Below are positions 17,037-24,401 of a stretch of 31,546 nt of DNA, in pieces; the stretch's first letter is position 1, and the number at the start of each line of letters is the position of its first letter. Both the position numbers and the translations under genes were made by a program. The notes beneath the pieces were generated by a model, which had not been told where the DNA came from, did not search any database, and was given only the letters and a program-made list of their open reading frames with translations. The stretch is from Candidatus Aenigmatarchaeota archaeon (GTDB taxonomy: Archaea; Aenigmatarchaeota; Aenigmatarchaeia; QMZP01; QMZT01), in the NCBI GenBank assembly GCA_043808015.1, contig JAZDFI010000018.1:1-31546 (forward strand), read 5' to 3'.

Positions 17037-19535
17037 TCACCCGTGCTCCAAAAAGTCAATCCAGTTCAATTTGCCCCAGTCCGATTTGGACGGGTCGATG
17101 CCGTCGTCGCCCACGAAGAACTGAATGATGTTGCCATTCGAATCTCGTACGCTCATGTCCGCGCAGACCTTGAGGTCCTGCAGCGAATTCATCAGTCGTC
17201 GCTGCATGTATCCCGACTTTCGTGTGCGCAGCGACTTGTCCATCAGGCCTTCTCGTCCGTTCATGACGTTCCAGAAGAACTCGAAAGGCGTCAGCCCCTG
17301 CTTGAATCCTCTCGCCACGAAGCCTCTCGTCGCAGCGGAAAGGTCGCCCACCTTGAAATGCGTCGTCGTGCGGCCAAGATAACCGCGCTGTATGCGCTTT
17401 CCAAGGATGGTCTCGGAACCTACGCACGCGGACATCTGGGTCGTGTTGATGTTGGAGCCCTTCGCGCCGGACTGCGACATCGTGAGGATGTCGCTTGGCC
17501 TGATGTTTTTTATCATGATTTCGCTGACCGTGTTGAGTCCCTCGGCCAGCGTGGAAAGTATCTGTGTCTCCAGCGAATCTTCGGGTGTCATGCCCGGAAG
17601 GACCTTGAGCTTGTCCTCGTTGAACTTGACCACAAGCTTGTCGGCGTCTTTCATGGACGTCTGTATCTCTTCGCTTATGATGTTCTCGATCCTTGTCGGA
17701 ACGTCGAGGTCCGAGATGCCTATGGAGAAGCCCCTCATCATGAGGTACGATACTCCGAGTCGTCCGAGCCTGTCGATGAAGTTCTTCAGCTCGTCGTCCG
17801 CGACGAGGCGCCTGACCTTGTTGAGCATCTTGCCCTTGAACGCGCCTGCAGCTCTCGTGTCCAGCACGCCCGTCTTCAGCACGCCGTCTTTGATGGAAAC
17901 CCACTTGTCATGCTTGCATTCCTCTTTAAGGCACTTGTCGCATTCCTTGCACGCGTTGGCCTTGAAGTACATGTTGAGTTTCTTGGGCAGGAGCAGGCTG
18001 ACGATTTCCTTGCCCGTGAACGCATCCTTTTCAGGCAGTTCGATGTCTATCGACGCCCTTGAGAAAAGCTCTGCGGTCTCTTTCCTGCCGAGAACCGTCT
18101 CCTTGCTGGTGAGAAGGAACAGGCCGGATATGTGGTCCAGGTCGAGGCCGACAAGCGGGCCGCCGAACCTCGGCGAAATTATGTTGTTCTTGACTTCCAT
18201 GAGCATTGACGCTTCGACCTGTGCTTCCTCCGACTGTAACGCATGAATATTCATCTCGTCGCCGTCGAAGTCTGCGTTGTAGGGAGCGCATACGCTCGGG
18301 TTCATGCGGAACGTCCTGTACGGCATGACCTTTACCCTGTGAACCATTATGGAAACCCTGTGCAGCGAGGGCTGCCTGTTGAATAAAACGACGTCGCCAT
18401 CCTTCAGCTGCCTGTCCACGCTCCAGCCTATGGCAATGTTGGTTATTATGTCTTTCCTGTTTTCATCCGTAACTTTTATCTTGCGGCTGTCAGGCCTTGT
18501 GATGTAGTTGACCCTGCCGTCCTTTATCAGCTCTTTTATGGCCTTGACGTTGAGCGTGGTGATGGTTTCGGGAATCGTGAGTTCTTTCGCGACTTCGACC
18601 GCTGGTATTCCGACCTCGTTTATCGAGAGCGTCGGGTCGGGCGATATGACCGTACGAGAAGAATAATTAACTCTCTTGCCCAGAAGGTTGCCGCGGATTC
18701 GCCCTTCCTTCGCCTTCAGCCGCTGTATTATGCCCTTTAACGGGCGCCCGGAGCGATGTCTCGCCTGCGGGATGCCTGTAAGCTCATTATCGAAGTACGT
18801 CGCAACATGATACTGCAGCAGCTCCCAGAGGTCGTTGAGGATGAATTCCGGCGCGCCGATGTCTATGTTCTCCTTCAGCGACTGGTTTATCCTGACTATG
18901 TCGACCAGCTTGTGCGTGAGGTCGTCTTCGGAGCGTTCTCCTGTCTCTAGCGTAATCGAAGGCCTCATGGTGACCGGGGGGATTGGGAACAGCGTGAGCG
19001 TCAGCCATTCGGGTCGCCCGCCGCGGAAGCCGATTTTAAGCAAATCCTCGATTTTTACGCGCTCGAACCATTCCCTTATCTGCATGGGATTGAGCTCTTC
19101 CTTGCCGAGATAATAAGTGTAAGGCTTCGCGAACGTGACTTTACCCTGCTGCTTGTCGCAGTGGATGCATTTTCTCATCGGCGCCTTTCCGACCTGATCC
19201 AGCGATAACGGGTTCCTGTGAAGGATGTGCCCGCATTTGGAGCACGTGGCCTTGAGCAGCTGGTAAATCTGTTTGGTGTACATGACATGAATGACTGGAC
19301 GAGCGAGTTCTACGTATCCGAAGTGGCCGACACAGTCGCCTATCGTGCCGCCGCATGTCCTGCAGCGGAGACCTGGATCGACGACGCCCATTCTCGGGTC
19401 CATCGCGCCGCCATCGACCGGGTAGCCGTCAGCGTCGTAGAGATCGCTGGTTACGATGCGCACGGTCGCTAGCGACTTGACCATGCTCGGGGAGAGCAGG
19501 CCGAAATCAATCGTATTTATTTTTGATATAGTCAT
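17037..19535 (-). CDS. rpoA1: DNA-directed RNA polymerase subunit A' (Rpo1N)
   Basis: Catalytic NADFDGDEMN, FNRQPSLH, GNLLGKRV, SGYMQRRL. Confidence 0.98.
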   Translation of the reverse strand: MTISKINTIDFGLLSPSMVKSLATVRIVTSDLYDADGYPVDGGAMDPRMGVVDPGLRCRTCGGTIGDCVGHFGYVELARPVIHVMYTKQIYQLLKATCSKCGHILHRNPLSLDQVGKAPMRKCIHCDKQQGKVTFAKPYTYYLGKEELNPMQIREWFERVKIEDLLKIGFRGGRPEWLTLTLFPIPPVTMRPSITLETGERSEDDLTHKLVDIVRINQSLKENIDIGAPEFILNDLWELLQYHVATYFDNELTGIPQARHRSGRPLKGIIQRLKAKEGRIRGNLLGKRVNYSSRTVISPDPTLSINEVGIPAVEVAKELTIPETITTLNVKAIKELIKDGRVNYITRPDSRKIKVTDENRKDIITNIAIGWSVDRQLKDGDVVLFNRQPSLHRVSIMVHRVKVMPYRTFRMNPSVCAPYNADFDGDEMNIHALQSEEAQVEASMLMEVKNNIISPRFGGPLVGLDLDHISGLFLLTSKETVLGRKETAELFSRASIDIELPEKDAFTGKEIVSLLLPKKLNMYFKANACKECDKCLKEECKHDKWVSIKDGVLKTGVLDTRAAGAFKGKMLNKVRRLVADDELKNFIDRLGRLGVSYLMMRGFSIGISDLDVPTRIENIISEEIQTSMKDADKLVVKFNEDKLKVLPGMTPEDSLETQILSTLAEGLNTVSEIMIKNIRPSDILTMSQSGAKGSNINTTQMSACVGSETILGKRIQRGYLGRTTTHFKVGDLSAATRGFVARGFKQGLTPFEFFWNVMNGREGLMDKSLRTRKSGYMQRRLMNSLQDLKVCADMSVRDSNGNIIQFFVGDDGIDPSKSDWGKLNWIDFLEHG

Positions 19536-19544
19536 AATGATACC

Positions 19545-21347
19545 TCAAACTTCCGCGACGTTCAGCTTCGGGTAGACACCGAGCGATTTCAGCTCGTCCA
19601 TCGTCAGCTTGAACGCGTATGACGTGTTGACCCACAGGATCTTGGAATCCTTGCACACGGGACAGTAGGTCTTGTTCTTCGCCTTGTCGTTTATCGCTAT
19701 AAGGCCGCACGACTGGCAGATGGGTAACGACGTCTCGTCGGAGTTGAAGCGTTCCTTGAGCGTAAGCGCTGCGCCGTGCCCTACCAGGCACTGCTGCTCC
19801 ATTTCTCCCAGGCGAAGCCCGCCGCGCTTCGAGCGGCCCTCTGTGGGCTGTCTTGTAAGAAGCGTGACCGGTCCTTTCGAGCGCGCGTGTATCTTGTCCG
19901 CTACCATGTGGTCCAGCTTCATGTAATATGCTATTCCCGTGAAAATCATGACTTCGAATTTCTTGCCCGTGCGCCCGTCGTATAGCGTTTCTTTGCCGTC
20001 GTCACGGAAGCCGAGCTTCTTCAATTCCTTGCGTATGTTCTCTTCCCTGGTTTCGGAGAAAGCGGACGAATCGATTTTTTCACCAGCGAATGAGCCGTAT
20101 TTGCCGGCAAGCAGCTCAAGCAGCTGGCTGACGGTCATACGGGATGGAATGCCGTGCGGGTTGAACAATAAGTCAGGCACAACGCCTTCCTTGGTGAATG
20201 GCATGTCCTCCTGCGGGACCAGAAGAGCTGTTACGCCTTTCTGCCCGTGCCTCGTGGCGAACTTGTCCCCGAGCTCCGGTATGCGTTCGTCTCTCGTGCG
20301 TATCTTGAATAGTTGTTCACCACTCACCGTCTCGCTTATCAGCACGCGGTCGATTATGCCGCGCTCGCCGTAGCGTATCGTGACCGACGACTCTCGCTTG
20401 TTCTCAATGTCAGTCGTGAAATCGCCGCCAGTCAGGAAGCGGAGCGGCGAAGTCTTGCTCACAAGAACCGAATCCGATTCGACTGCGGTCTCCGGGTTGA
20501 TTACGCCGTCTTCAGGGATGTCCTTGTAGGCTTCCTCGCCTCGGTAGCCTTTTATGCCCGGCTCTGGGATCGCTATAACATCTTCCTGTCCTCCCCAGTA
20601 GCGCTTGCGAATCGTCTCATACGTGCGGAAGTAGAATGAGCGGAACATGCCTCTATCTACTGAACCCTTGTTGAGCACGACTGCGTCGTTCATGTTGAAG
20701 CCGTCCCAGCACATAACAGCCACGACTATATTCTGGCCGTACGGGTGCTGCTTGAGAATCTTGTCCGTTGCCGTGTCGACGAGCGGCATCTGAGCATACG
20801 TCAAGACGTTGAACTTCGTGTCCGTCCTGACCTGGAAGTTGTCGATTGGCGCGCCTATCGCCTGTCCGACCATCTTCGCTCCGTAGTTGACGCGGTCGCC
20901 ACGGTTGTATTCAGGGAATGGCGTAAGGCTTGCTGAAATGCCAAGTATGAGAAGCGGGCTTATCTCCGCGTGCGTGTGCTCTTTGTTGACTTTCTCGATA
21001 TCAATCGCTATGTAGCTGTTCTCTTCCTCTTCGGAGTCGATGTATTCGATTATGCCGTGCTTGACCAGGAAGCTCCAGTTTATCTTGCCGGTCTTGAGCT
21101 TTTCGATGTGTTCCTTCGTAAGCTTCGGCTTGCCATCTTCGACTACGACGAGCGGCCTGCGCGCGCGTCCCGAATCGGTGTTTATCCTTATCTCGCCGAA
21201 TTCAGTATGATACGAAACGTTCATCTGGTCTGGCAGGATTCCATGTCGCCTCTTCTTCCTGAGATCTTCTACTACGTCTTCCGGCTTGTCCGTCGTGCCG
21301 ACGAAATCGCCGTTGAAATATATGTCAGCTTCTATTTTGCCTTTCAT
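19545..21347 (-). CDS. rpoB1: DNA-directed RNA polymerase subunit B' (Rpo2C)
   Basis: GDKFATRHGQKG, NPHGIPSRMT, RQPTEGR...GGLRLGEME, C-terminal zinc finger. Confidence 0.98.
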   Translation of the reverse strand: MKGKIEADIYFNGDFVGTTDKPEDVVEDLRKKRRHGILPDQMNVSYHTEFGEIRINTDSGRARRPLVVVEDGKPKLTKEHIEKLKTGKINWSFLVKHGIIEYIDSEEEENSYIAIDIEKVNKEHTHAEISPLLILGISASLTPFPEYNRGDRVNYGAKMVGQAIGAPIDNFQVRTDTKFNVLTYAQMPLVDTATDKILKQHPYGQNIVVAVMCWDGFNMNDAVVLNKGSVDRGMFRSFYFRTYETIRKRYWGGQEDVIAIPEPGIKGYRGEEAYKDIPEDGVINPETAVESDSVLVSKTSPLRFLTGGDFTTDIENKRESSVTIRYGERGIIDRVLISETVSGEQLFKIRTRDERIPELGDKFATRHGQKGVTALLVPQEDMPFTKEGVVPDLLFNPHGIPSRMTVSQLLELLAGKYGSFAGEKIDSSAFSETREENIRKELKKLGFRDDGKETLYDGRTGKKFEVMIFTGIAYYMKLDHMVADKIHARSKGPVTLLTRQPTEGRSKRGGLRLGEMEQQCLVGHGAALTLKERFNSDETSLPICQSCGLIAINDKAKNKTYCPVCKDSKILWVNTSYAFKLTMDELKSLGVYPKLNVAEV

Positions 21348-22822
21348 TTCTTCCCACCCTGCTTTTCTCCATGCAAAAGATTAAGTATGTTATCGTCTTC
21401 CTCTTTCGATACGCCCGGCGTTATTTCCGTCAGCAGCGCCAAATGCTTTCGAAGACCTATCGAGCTCCCTTCAGGCGTCTCGGCCGGGCACAAGCGACCC
21501 CATTCGGTCGGATGAATCTGCCTCGCCTTGAAGTGCTCCTGTGTCGGAGTGAGCGGCGACAGGACCGAGCGGAGATGCGAAACCGTTTTTATGTAAGAGC
21601 TCCTGTCCAGGCGCTGCGATACGCCGGTGCGCCCGCCTATCCACGTGCCCGTCGCTAGAGACGAGAGGATTTGCTTCGTCACGGTGTTTGCTTCTATTAT
21701 TGACTGGACTGACGGGAACTTGCCTCTCTTGACGAGCTTCTGGTAGTTGTAAGTCATCTTCGCTATAAGGCCCCATCGGCCCAGAAGTATGGAGCGGAAC
21801 AGCTGCCCGAAAAGCTCGCCGGACATTAGCAGCCGCTTGTTAGCATAGTGGTCTATGTCATCCTCTGGCGAGAGATCGAGTCTTATGTATATGCACTTCC
21901 TGATTATTCTTGCCAGATACTTACTCTTCCTTATCCTGTCGCCTACCTCCTGGCCCAGATGGGGCAGCAGGTAGCGGTCAAGAATCTGGTTTACCCTTTC
22001 GTCTATGTAATCTTTGGTAACCTTGAGCTTCTTGCCTATGTAATCTACAGCCTCTTCGGTCGTTATGACGTCGGTCTCGTAAAGGTTCGTGTAGAACTCG
22101 TTGAGAATCTTGTCATCCTTCGAGACGAGGTCGCAAAGCTCCTTGTCGTTCTCCAGGCCCAGCGCCTTCATGAGGACGACTATCGGCAGCTTCTTGATAT
22201 TCGCAAACGAAATCGTGATTTCTCCGTCGGGCTTCATTTCGGCCAGGTGGCGCTGCTTGAACCCCGACTTTTCCGAGTTTATCCTCACGGACACGCCGTT
22301 GTTTTCGGTTTTCTCGAAAATCGGCTTGTTCGAAGTGATTTCCTCGATTAAAACCAGCACGCGCTCGGTGCCGTTGACGACGAAATACCCCCCAGGATCG
22401 GTCGGGTCTTCGCCCGCGGCGATCAGCTCTTCATCGTTTATGCCTGTAAGGTTGCATATCTTGGATTTGACCATGACAGGCAGGTCGCCGATATGGACTG
22501 TCTCGGATTTCTCCTGCACGCCGTTGAAAATGGGAGTGAGCTTGACGTAAATGGGCGCCATGTAGTTAAGGTTGCGTATTCTCGCCTCGTTAGGATAAAT
22601 GGCGCGGCTCGAGCCGTCCGCTTCGTGGACAACCGGTTTTCCAAGTGCGACCTCGCCGAACTTTATCTTAAGGTCTTCCTTGTCCTGCACGACTCGTATG
22701 GTGCCGACCTCGTTTATTATCTTCTGAAGCCCGAAGTCAATGAAGTTGTTGAAGGATTCGACCTGGTATCGCACCCATTCCTTTTCCTTCCCGAAACCGC
22801 CAACTATGGTGACAACTGACAT
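21344..22822 (-). CDS. rpoB2: DNA-directed RNA polymerase subunit B'' (Rpo2N)
   Basis: YPNEARIRNLNY, DPGGYFVVNGTE, DHYANKRL, GRLCPAETPEG; ATG 22822 preferred over GTG 22831. Confidence 0.98.
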   Translation of the reverse strand: MSVVTIVGGFGKEKEWVRYQVESFNNFIDFGLQKIINEVGTIRVVQDKEDLKIKFGEVALGKPVVHEADGSSRAIYPNEARIRNLNYMAPIYVKLTPIFNGVQEKSETVHIGDLPVMVKSKICNLTGINDEELIAAGEDPTDPGGYFVVNGTERVLVLIEEITSNKPIFEKTENNGVSVRINSEKSGFKQRHLAEMKPDGEITISFANIKKLPIVVLMKALGLENDKELCDLVSKDDKILNEFYTNLYETDVITTEEAVDYIGKKLKVTKDYIDERVNQILDRYLLPHLGQEVGDRIRKSKYLARIIRKCIYIRLDLSPEDDIDHYANKRLLMSGELFGQLFRSILLGRWGLIAKMTYNYQKLVKRGKFPSVQSIIEANTVTKQILSSLATGTWIGGRTGVSQRLDRSSYIKTVSHLRSVLSPLTPTQEHFKARQIHPTEWGRLCPAETPEGSSIGLRKHLALLTEITPGVSKEEDDNILNLLHGEKQGGKK

Positions 22823-22827
22823 AAAAA

Positions 22828-23073
22828 TCACACAACTAGCCTGTAATAAACGTATTCCCCGGCGACTTCCGACTTCCTTTTTATCTCGAGGATGTCGCCC
22901 TTCTTGGCCTCGATCTTCGTGACTATGGGATCAACCTGAAGAATTTTGGGGAATTTTTCTTTCGTGCTTTTGAGTTTTTCGAGAAGCCTCGCCTTTTCCT
23001 CGTCTGAAAGGACTCTGAATTTAGGAACTAGGACATGTTCTAAAATGTTAATGCAATCACCCTTTAAACTCAC
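22828..23073 (-). CDS. rpoH: DNA-directed RNA polymerase subunit H (Rpo5)
   Basis: HVLVPK, PKI...DP, GDILEIKRKS..AG....YRLVV; canonical position ahead of rpoB''. Start uncertain. Confidence 0.95.
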   Translation of the reverse strand: MSLKGDCINILEHVLVPKFRVLSDEEKARLLEKLKSTKEKFPKILQVDPIVTKIEAKKGDILEIKRKSEVAGEYVYYRLVV

Positions 23074-23264
23074 AAGGCTTAGCAGCCGTAGAGGAGTTTT
23101 ACGTTTTTAATGGATATAGTATGGTGTAGGCGTGGTTCGATAACTAAAATAGATAAACTTGTTATTTAAATACTTTTCGGCTTTTGACGTGTTTTTCGGG
23201 TCAAAAAGGGCAAAAACCGGGCATTTTCCGGTTTTTTGGGCAAAAAATGTAAAAAAGATGAAAG

Positions 23265-23408
23265 TGAGCCCGGCGGGAATCGAACCCGCGACCCCCAGAT
23301 GTCTTTCCGCACCTTGTTATGTCATTGGCTTTCGCGAGAAGCGAATCCTCAGCATACTTTTATCGAACAGATAAAAGTCTGGTGCTCTGCCGATTGAGCT
23401 ACAGGCCC
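23265..23408 (-). tRNA. tRNA-Lys(UUU) with 71-nt intron at 37/38 (23301-23371)
   Basis: GGGCCUG UAGCUCAAUCGGCAGAGC A CCAGA CU UUU A|intron|A UCUGG...GCGGG UUCGAUU CCCGC CGGGCUC A; BHB central helix CUUU/AAAG. Confidence 0.95.
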
Positions 23409-23486
23409 ACAACAGCGACAGACGCAGAGGATTCGAAAGACGCATATGCAATATGCGTCAAACGCCTAACCTGCGTCATACGCCTA

Positions 23487-23559
23487 CGCCCTGGCCGGGA
23501 TTTGAACCCGGGTCCTCGAAGTGACAGTCCGAGATGATAGGCCACTACACTACCAGGGC
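23487..23559 (-). tRNA. tRNA-Asp(GUC), intronless
   Basis: GCCCUGG/CCAGGGC acceptor, UCGGA CU GUC AC UUCGA anticodon arm, CCGGG UUCAAAU CCCGG, G73. Confidence 0.96.
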
Positions 23560-23687
23560 AGGTTTTACGTTTGTTTTCTGTTTGATAATATTTCTAATCA
23601 CGTCCAATATTTATAAATCTGAAAAAGCGCGAAAAACGCCGCGGAAAAAATTAAACAGAAAAACAAAACGAAAAGAATAACAAGAGG

Positions 23688-23799
23688 TGAGCAGCTATCT
23701 GATGTTCCCCCTTGTTCAGGAGTACTATCCAGACCGTCGGAAAGTTTAACTTCCGTGTTCGAAATGGGAACGGGTGAACCTTTCCACTTTGGCCGCTCA
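23688..23799 (-). rRNA. rrf: 5S rRNA (~112 nt), unlinked from 16S/23S
   Basis: UGAGCGGC/GCUGCUCA terminal helix; CACCCGUUCCCAUUUCGAACACGGAAGUUAA core; AGUAC loop-E motif. Confidence 0.93.
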
Positions 23800-23819
23800 A
23801 TACTTCTATTACCGGCTAC

Positions 23820-23827
23820 TATTTAAA
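23820..23827 (-). promoter_or_regulatory. TATA box of the 5S rRNA gene
   Basis: TTTAAATA about 20 nt upstream of the 5S 5' end. Confidence 0.65.
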
Positions 23828-23859
23828 AGCTTTGCGTCCTGAAAAAAATAAGGCCCAGT

Positions 23860-23946
23860 CTAGAATTTAATCAATATGAGCATTATAGCCATAACTATGC
23901 CGACCAGATAAATCCTGCGCTCAAGTCTTGCAAAGTTAATGCTCAT
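23860..23946 (-). CDS. Putative 28-aa single-TM microprotein; absent from the ORF track
   Basis: MSINFARLERRIYLVGIVMAIMLILIKF*; basic N-terminus plus hydrophobic helix; GTGAT SD-like element and AT-rich promoter-like region upstream. Confidence 0.45.
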   Translation of the reverse strand: MSINFARLERRIYLVGIVMAIMLILIKF

Positions 23947-24050
23947 GCAAAATCACAAATGTGAAGTATACTATGAATAGATAAGTTTTTAAGTGTGATT
24001 CTGGCCCAGTCCGTCCAAAAAACATGGTATGAGTTTTAAAAAAAGAAGTA

Positions 24051-24244
24051 TCCCCCGGGTGAGATTTCCATACGCGAAAGCTGCTGGTTTTCGCTTAAGC
24101 CTTTTTCACAAAAGGCTTATTTTGAACTCACAACCTATCGGTTTCTGAAGCGACTGCGAATGACCAACACACTCGTAAAACCGAGCTTAAGTCACCATGC
24201 GAGAGTCTACAGCCGATCGCTCCACCAGGTTGAGCTACCGAGGG
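24051..24244 (-). tRNA. tRNA-Tyr(GUA) with two introns: 37/38 (24143-24206, 64 nt) and 59/60 (24065-24120, 56 nt)
   Basis: C1-G72 acceptor CCCUCGG/CCGGGGG A; AUCGG CU GUA G|..|A CCGAU; GUGAG UUCAAA|..|U CUCAC. Removing both introns gives a 74-nt cloverleaf. Confidence 0.92.
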
Positions 24245-24257
24245 ATATTTTGATTTT

Positions 24258-24326
24258 GCCACGGAACGCCAACCTAGTACGCGTTCTTGGCCATCGCAAG
24301 CAGCCTTGTTGCCAAGGTCGCCAGGC
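24258..24326 (-). ncRNA. Unidentified structured RNA / leader upstream of tRNA-Tyr
   Basis: GC-rich 69-nt island between a TATA box (TTTAAATT, 24353-24360) and tRNA-Tyr; folds by eye into a closing stem and three hairpins. Confidence 0.4.
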
Positions 24327-24401
24327 GATAATAGTAATATACACTATAACAGAATTTAAAAGTTAACTAAGTTCAGAAAAGCCCAGAAACCAAAGCCCGC
24401 C

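Noticed and set aside
16006-18246. Long plus-strand ORFs (372, 339, 284, 246 aa) opposite rpoA''/rpoA'
   Set aside because: Antisense shadows of highly biased coding sequence; no motifs; fully overlap conserved RNAP genes.
19545-22822. Split rpoB (B''/B') and the Cys cluster CKECDKCLKEECKHD in RpoA'
   Set aside because: Both are known features of many archaeal RNA polymerases; no inteins or frameshifts seen.
23159-24366. Short ORFs at 23159, 23319 and 24160
   Set aside because: They overlap tRNA genes on the opposite strand; the region is explained by RNA genes.
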